From positions 280,514-344,513 of the forward strand of contig JAQGDQ010002378.1 of NCBI GenBank assembly GCA_030141605.1: 64,000 nt of DNA, written 5' to 3'. Made by a program: the position numbers and the translations under genes. The notes beneath the pieces are model-generated. The model saw only the letters and a program-made list of their open reading frames with translations, ran no database searches and was not told where the DNA came from. Of this stretch, positions 21,041 through 33,500 are shown piece by piece. The first letter of the stretch is position 1; each line of letters starts with the position of its first letter. The DNA is from Tubiluchus corallicola. Its lineage: Eukaryota > Animalia > Priapulida.

Positions 21041-23098
21041 ATCTTTGGGGGATACCAACCAGTAGATGAATTTCTCGTGGATTGCCACAAAGAATCTCTG
21101 GGTCACCTAGGATCATGCCCTTTAAGTCTCCTAACCAATCACCCTCAGAACATGCCGGAAAGGGTCTCACTAGTTTATCTTGGGTGGTGGCATTAAAGGT
21201 CACAATTTTTCCTGTATTTGTTCGAAGTTTAGCACGAACAATGTGGCATTTCTGTTGCGGTGTGCTAAGTCCACCCATAATAGCTAACGAAAGATTACGC
21301 TCGCCTATAATTTCGCAACCTGCTCGCTCTGCAACATCACACAAAATAAGAGAGGTAGTGGCACCAGGATTTATAAAAACACGAATAGGAATTGACGATT
21401 TGGTATCTTCCAAAACAGCAGTCGCAGTCATTAAGAACACAACATTCGTACAAAAAGACTGTAAATGAACTGATGGAACATCAACACTTGCATCAGAAGT
21501 ATTTGAACCTCTTTTAACATAAGGACTCACCTGGAAGCAGCCAGCAATTGAATTGCACAATAAATAATGATGCCATTTACTACATCGGTTGCATGGAGGT
21601 TTACGGCAAGTATCAGCTCTGTGGTTTAAACCAAGACACAAAAAACAACGGTGCTGCTCAGCAACCTTCTGTTTTCGCTCTTGCAAAGTCTTAGTAGGAA
21701 GAGACGCACAATCAAGCCACATATGTTGAGCTCTGCCACAAAATAAACAATGGGAATTCTTTGAAGCTGTAGGCGCATTTTTGGTGTTTCCACAAAAATC
21801 ACTAGACTGAAGAAGAGAAACTGAATCTAGGGTGCTCCTCACACCTAAATTCTTATACCCAGCACGACGACTAAATTCACCAGACTCTCTATGGCGAGTA
21901 TATGAAGCAGCCTTTCGTCTAATATCAACTTCGCTTTTCATGAACTGTCGAAATTTTTCAAAGCATGTTGTGTCATCTTCACGCTGTCATCTTCACGCCT
22001 TCTCATTCACTCCCATTCAACACGCCAAGCATATGGAATTTTTGCTAGAAAGAGAGGTTTTAGGGTTTTACCTAATTCTTCTGTACTAAGTCCCATTGCA
22101 CTGAGGCCTCTTATAACAACTTCAAGCTCATCTACAAAACTTCCTTGTGCTTCAATATTTTTCGAATCGGTGATGGGCTTTAACTGCCACAGTTTTTTTA
22201 ACAATGACATCTCGATTGCGTCTTTATCACCAAATCTCTCCTTTAACAAAGAAACAGCTTCCTTATAATTGCCATCTACAGGCTGCAGGCCATCTATCAC
22301 ATGAGCAGCTTCACCTTTAAGTAAGCTCTTTAAGTAAACAAGTTTATGAACGTCTGGTACAGGTTTAGCATCCACAGAGGCAACGAACATGTCCCAAAAT
22401 TCGTAAAACTTCAATGGGTCACCACTGAAAGTTGGCAGTTGCAATTTAGGTAGTTTTATGTTGGTGACTTCTGCACCGACTACATTATTAGTTGGTAAAT
22501 TCGCTGCACTTTCACTACGTGCTAAATCACAGTTATTCACTCGTCGCAAGACAAAATCATTATCACTTGCATGTCGCTGGAAATCACTAGGACTACATGG
22601 TCTTGAATCTGGTTTTAGCAAACTTAGTGCCTGAGCAGAAATTAATTCCGCTGTGTTGATTAATTCACTTGCCTCTATAATCGCTTGTTCAAGTTCTTCA
22701 CCTTCTAAATAATCTTCTAACTACACTTCTGTTTCATTAAAGGTGGCAATATATTTTCCAAGGTTCTCTAATTTTTGCTGAACAAACACAAAGTTAGGCG
22801 TTTCACTAGACATCGCCTCTTTTAGTAATTTTATGCCAGTCTTCACCCAACCCTTGGATCTACTTCTAGAGTGTTTAATTTTATCACACTCAGCCATACT
22901 CATCTAAAGGTCTCTTTTCCCGGCAGTTCCGTACCAAAATATAAATACAATCACGGATAAGTTCCAATTATTTAATACAAAAAGATTTATTTAAAACTGT
23001 AAATTGTTTATCACGCATAAAATCGAATTTTGCCACTGGAACAAAAATGGCGCACACATGTGGAACAAAAAAACACAATATGCAAAATCTTCGTGACA
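21041..23098 (-). mobile_element. Truncated BEL/Pao LTR retrotransposon (LTR, PBS-like site, gag, protease) within the 5S spacer
   Basis: LTR-like TGTCACG start at 23098; TGGTACGGAAC PBS-like site ~22936; gag KLPKLQLPTFSGDP..FWDMF..KLVYLKSLLKGEA..NYKEAVSLLKERFG (DUF1759-type); three CCHC knuckles; protease-like VFINPGATTSLI. In-frame stop at 22721, frameshift near 22000, no RT or integrase. Confidence 0.9.
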
Positions 23099-23873
23099 TA
23101 GTTTTACAAAAATATCTGTCAGAACAAAAATCCATTTTTGAGTGTTGAAGAAGATTTTACAGCTTTTGTCAGAACCCTTCCCGTCCATTTAAAAAAATGT
23201 AAGCCAAGGGCAGTCACCCATTCAAACACAAAACCAAACCAGGTTCCAGGTTGCTTAACTTCTGTATTTCGTTGAAAAGAGATAATATAGAAATAATAGA
23301 TAGATTAAGGTGAACGTAGGAACAAAGTATCTGTTTTGATTTTTTATGAAAATCAAAAATAATTTTTGAAGGGCAGTGGCTGATTTTCTAGTTTTATTTT
23401 CATTTTTCTTCACATTGTGTAATATTCGAGAAACGTAGCAAATAGATAGTTTTTGACATTATCCGACATACGAACACGATGATACTTACTCAAATCATAA
23501 TTTCATTTTTCCTAGACCTTACTAAACTAGTTTATATTTTATTTTTTGAATTTCTAGTTGCACTTATAGTTTAGCTTGCACCAGACGCATTTGCCTAGAA
23601 CAGTGTATGTTTTTTATATGGACTAACACTGATTGTCTGTCTTTTAATATGATGGTCAATGTTTTATAATGGCGAATAAAGATTTTACTACTACTACTAC
23701 TACTACTACTAGATAGTTTTAGACATTAAAATGCAAAGCAAATAAAAATCAACATAATGTCGAGACAGACACTTATTCCCACCACTTCGACTTCCAAAAA
23801 TCAAAAACAATACTGTTAAAATGAAACGGTCGTGTTGTGCACACACTTCGATAGATAATAGTCACTAGCTAAA

Positions 23874-23993
23874 AAGTCTACAGCACGTGGTATTCCTAGG
23901 CGGTCACCCATCCAAGTACTAACCACGCTTTACATTGCTTAACTTCGGTGATCAGACGAGAACCGGTGTTTTCAATGTGATATGGCAGTAGAC
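23874..23993 (-). rRNA. 5S rRNA
   Basis: Full-length match with a few substitutions; T-run terminator. Confidence 0.93.
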
Positions 23994-24696
23994 ATTAACA
24001 GTTTCTTAAGATGAGTTAACATAGAAATGATGTACATGAACAAGTAAACCTTTTTAGCATTTTAATGCAAAGTATAAACAGAAATATCACATGAAATTAT
24101 AAAATGTCAGGGAGGTTGAATACCGTGCTTAAGTATATTACCTTCTAGATATGACATAATTAAACATGGGAATGATCAAGCATGAACAAGCAAAAAGATT
24201 CTTCATTTAAAAATATTTGTCAGAACAAAAATCCATTTTTGAGTGGTGAAAAAGATCTTACAGCATTTGTCATCACCCTTCCTGATCATTTAGAAAAATG
24301 TAAGTACCGGGCAGTCACCCATTCAAACGCAAAACCAGGTTTGAGGTTGCTTAACTTCTGCATTTTGTTATAGACAGATAATATAGAAATAATAGATAGA
24401 TGAAGGTGAACGTAGTAACAAAGTATCTGTTTTGATTTTTTATGAAAATCAAAAATCATTTTTGAAGGACAGTGGCTGATTTTCTAGTTTTATTTTCATT
24501 TTTCCTTACTTTGTATAATATTGGAGAAATGCAACAAGTAGATAGTCTTTCACATTAAAATGCAAAAAAAATCAACATAATGTCGAGACAGACATTTATT
24601 TTCACCACTTCAACTTCCAAAAATCAAAAACAATACTGTCAAAATGAAACGGTCGTGTTGTGCACACACTTTGATAGTTAATAGTCACTAGCTAAA

Positions 24697-24816
24697 AAGT
24701 CTACAGCACGTGGTATTCCTAGGCGGTCCCCCATCCAAGTACTAACCACGCTCTACATTGCTTAACTTCGGTGATCAGACGAGAACCGGTGTATTCAATG
24801 TGATATGGCCGTAGAC
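24697..24816 (-). rRNA. 5S rRNA
   Basis: Full-length match; T-run terminator. Confidence 0.95.
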
Positions 24817-25774
24817 ATTAGCAGTTTCTTAAGACGAGTTAACATAGATATGATGTACATGAACAAGCAAACATTTTTGGCATTGAAATTAAAAATACAA
24901 AAAAATCAGGATAGTGCACAGATACTCGCTCTCACCACTTCAACTTCCAATCAAGAGAAAACGATTTAAAGTGTCAGAAAGGTATCGAACAGTTTTTTAA
25001 AGTCAGTAATGATTTAACTTAATGGATAAAAGATATTTTTTGAAAATTTGAATTTTTCGTTTAATTCACATTAGAATCTCCAAATTCTGTATTCGTATTT
25101 AAAACTTGGTATTGTTCATAATATGCGCATCTATTTTTACGGCAAACGGTTTACTGCGAAGCTTGCTCACCAATTTACAGGTTTACAAATAATTATTGGG
25201 TTTAGTCCTACTCTGCTTAGTTGCATACATCTCAAGGGCACGCACTGACTAATTTGTAACTAGTACTATAATTCCACACATTAGTTTACCTAGAGTAAAC
25301 TCATCTCCTAAGTAATTGTTGCTCTTTCTCATAGTTACTTTTTCTCATAAATTTTTCTATATTACACTTTTTATGCTTATTTTTTTCTTTCCGTACTCTC
25401 AGTTTTTAACTTTACTCACTAACCTTGGCCAAATTCCCCTGTTAATAAGACCCCATTTGAAACTACTACATATAATAATCCTAATTACTGAATAATTGTA
25501 TTGTTTTGTTTAGATCTAACTTTATTATTTTTTGTTTTCAGTTCTTTTTGAATAATTTGTATCATTTATACTGTTTTTATTATTATTTTTTTCTTATTTG
25601 TTTTTGTTTTTGTTATCTGCAGCATCACCGTTAATTTTTAATGTCTTAATCTATTTATAAGAAATGGCAGGAGACTAGAAGACCCTACGGTCCTTCCCTG
25701 CCCTGCTCCATGATTATAATTACTTAATATTTAAAAAACGTTTGATGTTAAACTAATTGGAGAAAATAAATGTT

Positions 25775-25896
25775 CTATGTCTATGTCTATGTCTATGTCT
25801 ATGTCTATGTCTATGTCTATGTCTATGTCTATGTCTATGTCTATGTCTATGTCTATGTCTATGTCTATGTCTATGTCTATGTCTATGTCTATGTCT
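25775..25896. repeat. (CTATGT)n microsatellite
   Basis: Directly visible. Confidence 0.98.
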
Positions 25897-27034
25897 AGAC
25901 ACATTAGACATTAGTTTTGTCAACGAGATGCTTATAAGGGACTGAAGAGTCGAACCCAATACCTTCTACACCGCAAAGAGACGTAACTTTTAAGAATGGG
26001 CATTGGGTTGTCCAGAAAGTCCTATTGAATGAAGCATGTTAAGTGAACAAATAATACTGCAAAATCTCATAGTGAATAACAGCAGCAAAGCATCAGCACA
26101 ACGTAACCACAGTCAAGTACTTATTTAAACAGTGAACATTGGAGGAATCGAACTCAATTCACAACTGCTATTAATTAGAGTAATATTAATTAGAATTCGT
26201 AAGTTTAAAACAAATGTCAAAAAGTTGCTATCATGTTCGTTGTTGCTAAGTTGCACAAGTTGCTAACACGTATAACCGAGCTTGTTAAAACACGTAGTCG
26301 TCATTAAATATTTTGCTTTTTCGATATCATTAGAGGTACAAATGTATATGGGTTGATGTAATATAGCGAAAAAAGACATAATAATTGAAAGGTTTGCAAA
26401 GTAACTGTGTATTCAAGTAAGACGGGTGGCCGGAAATGATGTAGTAGAAACACTGCATTTTTCTAATAAAAATTTATTGAAACTTGTTATACAATGATCT
26501 GTCTATGAAACGGATATTTTTCTGTAATAAACAATTTAAATCTTTATTAAGTTTACAGATACATATGATTATTTTTTAGAAAATACAACGAATTATCATT
26601 TCCTGAAACACAACGTACGTAATATGTCTAATTGAGGAGTCACTTATAAATTGTCATAAACCAATTCGTCATTATACTGAAGTTTCGATAATTTATACTA
26701 AAGTTTTGGTGTCCACGTTTGCCTAACACATAAAAATAGAAAAAAACGAACAACTAACCCGTGTTTCTTGCTGGAAACCTTTAAACATTAACACAGCGTT
26801 ATTGTCTATAAATGTAGGGCTTAATATCCTGTATATACGCTAACGATGGTAATTTTCCGCCCAGAAACTAGTGCATTTTCCTGAAATTGGCACCCAGTTT
26901 TTACGCCATGACCGCTATCATTTGGAGGACGTTTCTAATTGGCCTCTATAAATGCTTTCCACATTTTCCCGACTGCCACAGTTGTCAAATTGTTCCACAA
27001 TCGCAGGCCTACGGTCAGAGAGCAAAACTTCAAA

Positions 27035-29366
27035 ATGTAAGTGCGAGTAACTGTTTTTTTATTTCAAAACTTGATGTAAACGTTTGAATGATTTTGATAA
27101 ATCTGTAAAAAGTCATTTAGTTGCTAGCTTTATAAATTAACGATGCACAGAGTCCTATTCATTTTCTGAAAATGTTTTTTATTAGCAAGTTTAAAATTTT
27201 TGATCAGCAGTCTAGTCTAATTTGCTCAATTCAGCAGTCAGCATAAATAATCAATTTAAAAAAAAATGTGCAAACGTTTGATTTGAAGTTTAAAACTACA
27301 AAAATAGTATCGAAATAACAGCTTGTAATTGAAATATTCTATAAAAGGATTACAATAATGTTATCTAATAATATTATCTTCTTGTTAATAATGAAATGTA
27401 AATTTATTTGTAAAATTTGCAAATTATAGTGCGAACTTAGTACTGAAGCGCACAACAAGCTTTTGACGTATTTTTACATCCACGTTTGTGCAATTTTCTT
27501 TAAAAAAGTGGATACTTATGCTCATTACTGATTTCAAAGCTTATTCAATTAATTGATTTTTTAAATAAACATGTTAAAAAGATGCGAAAATTCAGAATTA
27601 GGACCACGTTCTTAAACTGTAAATCTAAATTTTGCAAAAGTTTTTGTTTCAAATTTTAAGTTGAATTTAGACCCATGCTTGTAAGAGTTGGGAACTTTAT
27701 CATCTGGCAAATACCAGTTCCGGGTAGTTATAATGTTGATGTTGCTTGTTGCTGATGCTACCGTCGTTGTTACTGTTAATCATGCTACTGTTGTTGTAAT
27801 TATTGTTGTAGTTTTAGTAGCAGTAGCAGTAATAGTAATGTAGTTGTAGAAGTAATTGTTGTTGTTGTTGTCGTTGTTGCTATTGCTGTTGCTGCTGCTG
27901 CTGTTTTGATGATGATAATGACGAATGATGAATGCAACTACGATGAAGACGACGGCGATGATCATGATGATGATACACTTCTTACCTGTGCACTTAACAC
28001 AAGGCTAATGCAAATTTTCGTTGCAGGGATACGATTCTTGTTGCCGTTCTAGCCGTTGCTGTACTTAGCATGGTAAGCGCCAGTGGGCCATCGTACCGGA
28101 ACGATGTGGCGTTTGCTCCCGGAGGTGCTGTTCCACACGGCTATAAGGGCAACACAGCAGCCTATCACAAAGTAGCACCAGCTCCAAAAACTTATTTTCA
28201 CACCACAACGTACGGACCGGTGAGCAAAGGCAAGTTGGAAGGAGATGGGCAGAAAAGTAGCGAAACCTCATTTTCTCGCTCTGGTCGGGCTCACGGAACT
28301 TTGACTAGTCAAGATAAATCCTACGCGAAGGAGACCTCAGCAAAATCTAGAGGTTACGACTACGATTACAAGTAAGCATACAGACAAAACTAAACAAAAC
28401 TAAACTAAAGTTATAATTCAAAACGGCTGAAACTTATTATATTGTTTTGCAATTTAACAAGCGCCAAAAAGTAACAAATTGTTTTGATAGTAATTATCTG
28501 GCAAATTATATGAACAACATTGTCTGAAATCAAGTGTTACTGAAATCATACTTAGTTTGTTTGCTTTTAAAACAGCTGTTCACTTGTTTAAATTCACTTG
28601 ATCGTGATTATTAAATTTCTTGTTTAACGATGGATAACGCAATCATGCCTAAAACCAGTTTGTAAGGTTCGCAGTGGGCACAGAACACTGATTAATTAAC
28701 TTATTCGTTAATAGATGTCACTACAGTGCACTTCGTAAAATTATTAAATTTATTAAAACAGAAGCTATGTTAATATATTTTTAACCAATTACCAAAATAT
28801 CAGTAAAGTAAGTTATGACTTTATTAGAAGTTAAATCGTAGACATACGAAAATTTTTCAGTAGAAACCGCTTTTTATTTCTCTTTTACTATAAAAATATT
28901 TTAACGAAATATTTTACTATAAAGAATAACAAGTTTATTTAAACACCCAACTGCAGCGATTGCATGTGTATTTTAGTCACGTGGTCTCGCTTGAATTTTA
29001 ACTCTTTTTTTGAAATGCATCTATTGCTACACCGAGTATATACATCGGGGTTAATATAGTTTAATTAACAAGTCGATGAACATAATTAAATGCTTTGCTT
29101 CTTGTCCTAGGGAAGGCCATGAATATTATCAACCAGAAACGTTATACAAGTACGACATAGTTCGACCAATATTAAGCCATTCTTACGACGGCTACGGCTA
29201 CGATTATCCATCAACGAAAACTTATCACAATGGCGGATATGCTAACGACGATTACAGCTACGGCCATCCCAGTAAATACCGACAGCATGGATATTCAACG
29301 AGTCCGATTCGCCATGATAACACTTTACATCGTCCAGTAGGTGGCCAACGATGTTATTGTTATTAA
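27035..29366 (+). CDS. Secreted Tyr/His/Gly-rich low-complexity protein, ~200 aa, unknown family
   Basis: TATAAA at ~26947. Exon 1 ends AT|GTAAGT (27035-27036). Exon 2 28027-28371 gives M-DTILVAVLAVAVLSMVSA (signal peptide)-SGPSYRND...GYDYDY. Exon 3 29111-29366 ends GQRCYCY*. Phases are consistent. Confidence 0.85.
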
Positions 29367-30567
29367 GTTAAATTCAGGGCATGCATGAAGCATTACTTAC
29401 TTCCGGTTATCAAAAAATTGCAATGTTAAATTTTACTGTTGGATTAAGTCCTTAGAATTAGTTTTGTATATAGATTTATTACAAATATATAAAAACGGCC
29501 TTAAAATGTCACAATTGCGATAACAACATGTAGTTTTTGTACAAATAATAAAAATTATCATAATACTCAACGATTTTGCATTATAGCTTTATTAATAAAA
29601 CTGAATTACAAAAATTACGCTATTGGGCATAATTTTTATTCATTTTTACAGTGTACTCCAATCTTAATGTCATTTTGCTCGCTTTAGAATGTGCATAATT
29701 CAAAATCAATTTTATGCAAAAATAATAACAATACTATTAACAAGGATAACAACAACGGTATGCAAAAGATGCATTCTGTCTTAACAATAAACGACAAAAC
29801 ATCAACAACAAAGTGAACGTTGCTATAACAACATAACATTAATTTCATGCACAAAAATTCTTTTTATTTAAATTTTGAACTTACGCGTAATTTAAATTGT
29901 ATTAGGAATTATAAACTGAAATCATTATAATCAATAAGTTAACGATGCCCAAATTTTGGCACGAATATACAGATAATAATGTTGAGAAAATCACTTGTTT
30001 TTAAAATCAGTTTGAGGAATAAAGTAATCGAAACAGAACCAGCTAATGAAGGAAAAAAACCAGATTATAGCTCTGTAGCTTTGGCCTAAATCAACTACTA
30101 GCAACATAAATACTATCACTAAAACATACTGTAAATAAAGCTATAGAACTACACTAAAGCTTCTACTAGTAACTTTGGAAAAAATATACTTTTGCCGGCA
30201 GTAGCAGGTCTAGTTGTTTTGGGCATAAGCAGCAAGAGTACCGAGCACCAAAGTCTTAAACGAAAGGCTAAGGAAGTTCTGCTCAGCTACAAAACAAGTG
30301 TTTCCTTTTAAAAAAAATATTACCTCAAGTAATAAAACCTGATCGATGATGTTCAAAAAGGCAGAAATGAAATTATCAGTTTTCCGCTGTTGCAATTCGG
30401 TTGCTGCTTTAGTCAATTACATTTATTTCCAATGATCTAGGTAATAAAAAGATACTGCTAAGCATTACTAGGACACTATTCCTCCCACTTTTGAAAAGGG
30501 ATTAAACATGGTCACAGGTAAACAGCAAGGACTGGCACACAAAAACAAATTAGTCTACTGCTACATA

Positions 30568-33500
30568 TCACGACTCTTCTCCACATTTACATATTACGGA
30601 TGTATCAACATTTTCCTTATCATCACACATGTATTTGAATGGATGAAAGACTGTTCCCTCCGGGCAGTTCATTGGAACACGCATTTCATTGGGTGTGTTC
30701 TGCCACAGACATAGATAGTACTTGCGACAGTTTATTGGATTTGCCATTACCATGTGCGAATGTCCGGAGCAAGAGGGACCTGGTCCTTTCACCTCACATT
30801 GCGTACTTTCTGTAGCCATTCCCACAGCGCCGTTTCTTCCAGAAGCAGATGAACCGGAATCCGAAAGTTTTGTTTCCTCCAATTCTGGATTATATGGCCT
30901 CTGCTCTTCCTGGGCAACTACTGGGCCAAGGCTTTCGCCCCCATGAGTATTACTGGGATATGTCTCGTGTCCAACAGTACCAGGTAATTCATAATCGTTG
31001 TAAGTATTACGTGGATATTGTTCATAGGATTGATTTGTAGGATACCCTTCATAAGAATAAGCTGTATGGTGTGGAAATGGAATACCAACTGTGGAAACAT
31101 GTGATGGATACGTATCATAGTGGCCTGGATAGCTTTCATATGCATCGTGTCCATGTTCAGGGTATGTTTCATGAGGATGCACTTCATAGTGTCCATGTTC
31201 AGGGTACGTTTCATGAGGATGCACTTCATAGTGTCCATGTTCAGGGTACGTTTCATGAGGATGCACTTCATAGTGTCCATGTTCAGGGTACGTTTCATGA
31301 GGATGCACTTCATAGTGTCCATGTTCAGGGTACGTTTCATGAGGATGCACTTCATAGTGTCCATATTCAGGGTACGTTTCATGAGGATGCACTTCATAGT
31401 GTCCATATTCAGGATACGTTTCATGAGGATGCACTTCATAGTGTCCATGTTCAGGGTACGTTTCATGAGGATGCACTTCATAGTGTCCATGTTCAGGATA
31501 CGTTTCATGAGGATGCACTTCATAGTGTCCATGTTCAGGATACTCTTCATGAGGATGCACTTCATAGTGTCCATGTTCAGGATACGTTTCATGAGGATGC
31601 ACTTCATAGTGTCCATGTTCAGGATACTCTTCATGAGGATATAATTCATTAGGATGAACTTCATAGTGTCCATGTTCAGGGTACGTTTCATGAGGATGCA
31701 CTTCATAGTGTCCATGTTCAGGGTATGTTTCATGAGGATGCACTTCATAGTGTCCATGTTCAGGGTATGTTTCATGAGGAAGCACTTCATAATGTCCATG
31801 TTCAGGGTATGTTTCATGAGGATGCACTTCATAGTGTCCATGTTCAGGGTATGTTTCATGAGGAAGCACTTCATAATGTCCATGTTCAGGGTATGTTTCA
31901 TGAGGATGCACTTCATAATGTCCATGTTCAGGGTATGTTTCATGAGGATGCACTTCATAATGTCCATGTTCAGGGTATGTTTCACGAGGATGCACTTCAT
32001 AATGTCCATGTTCAGGGTATGTTTCACGAGGATGCACTTCATAGTGTCCATGTTCAGGGTATGTTTCATGAGGATGCACTTCATAGTGTCCATGTTCAGG
32101 GTATGTTTCATGAGGAAGCACTTCATAGTGTCCATGTTCAGGGTACGCTTCATGAGGATGCACTTCATAGTGTCCATGTTCAGGGTATGTTTCATGAGGA
32201 AGCACTTCATAATGTCCATGTTCAGGGTATGTTTCATGAGGATGCACTTCATAATGTCCATGTTCAGGGTATGTTTCATGAGGATGCACTTCATAATGTC
32301 CATGTTCAGGGTATGTTTCACGAGGATGCACTTCATAATGTCCATGTTCAGGGTATGTTTCACGAGGATGCACTTCATAGTGTCCATGTTCAGGGTATGT
32401 TTCATGAGGATGCACTTCATAGTGTCCATGTTCAGGGTATGTTTCATGAGGAAGCACTTCATAGTGTCCATGTTCAGGGTATGTTTCATGAGGAAGCACT
32501 TCATAATGTCCATGTTCAGGGTATGTTTCACGAGGATGCACTTCATAATGTCCATGTTCAGGGTATGTTTCATGAGGATGCACTTCATAGTGTCCATGTT
32601 CAGGGTATGTTTCACGAGGATGCACTTCATAATGTCCATGTTCAGGGTATGTTTCATGAGGATGCACTTCATAATGTCCATGTTCAGGGTATGTTTCACG
32701 AGGATGCACTTCATAATGTCCATGTTCAGGGTATGTTTCACGAGGATGCACTTCATAATGTCCATGTTCAGGGTATGTTTCACGAGGATGCCCTTCATAA
32801 TGTCCATGTTCAGGATATGTTTCACGAGGATGCCCTTCATAATGTCCATGTTCAGGGTATGTTTCACGAGGATGCCCTTCATAATGTCCATGTTCAGCAT
32901 ACAGTTCATCAGGGTGTGTTTCATAACCATAACTTTCATAAGGATGAACTTCATAGAGTTCAGACCCAGGGTAAGTATCGTAATAATTGCTTTTTTCATA
33001 AGGGTACGCATGCGGCTCGTTTACTGGATATATTTCAGAACTTTCACGAGGATGTACTTCGAAATCATCATACTGTCCATGTGCTGAATATGCACCGTAA
33101 TTCTCATGTGTTTGATGAGGGTGCACGTCATACTGCTCCGGCAGATATATTACATAATTGTGAGCGTCATAAGGATAGCTGTTGCTAGGGTAGACTTCAT
33201 ATGCATCTCTGTGTGGATATGTTTCGTAATTGTACGTTTCGTGGGGAATCATTTCGTGTTCTTGATATGGTATGTAACTTCCTTGTGTTTGATGAGGATA
33301 CGCATCGTGATAATTCCCGTGCCGTGAATATGATGACTCCACTCTGCGACTGCGACTGTGCCCATGGTAGGCATGGTGCTCATCATATCCATGAACAGGG
33401 TGTTGTCCTTCTTGCTGATGGGATACATGTTGTACGTAGTGTCGCCGATGTTGCACAGTATGACGCCTGTACGTCTCACCGTGATGTGATGTTGCATAAT

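Noticed and set aside
30918-33188. Long alternative-frame and antisense ORFs (697, 487, 477 aa) over the chitinase repeat
   Set aside because: By-products of a 42-bp repeat lacking stops in several frames; only one frame joins GH18 to CBM14.
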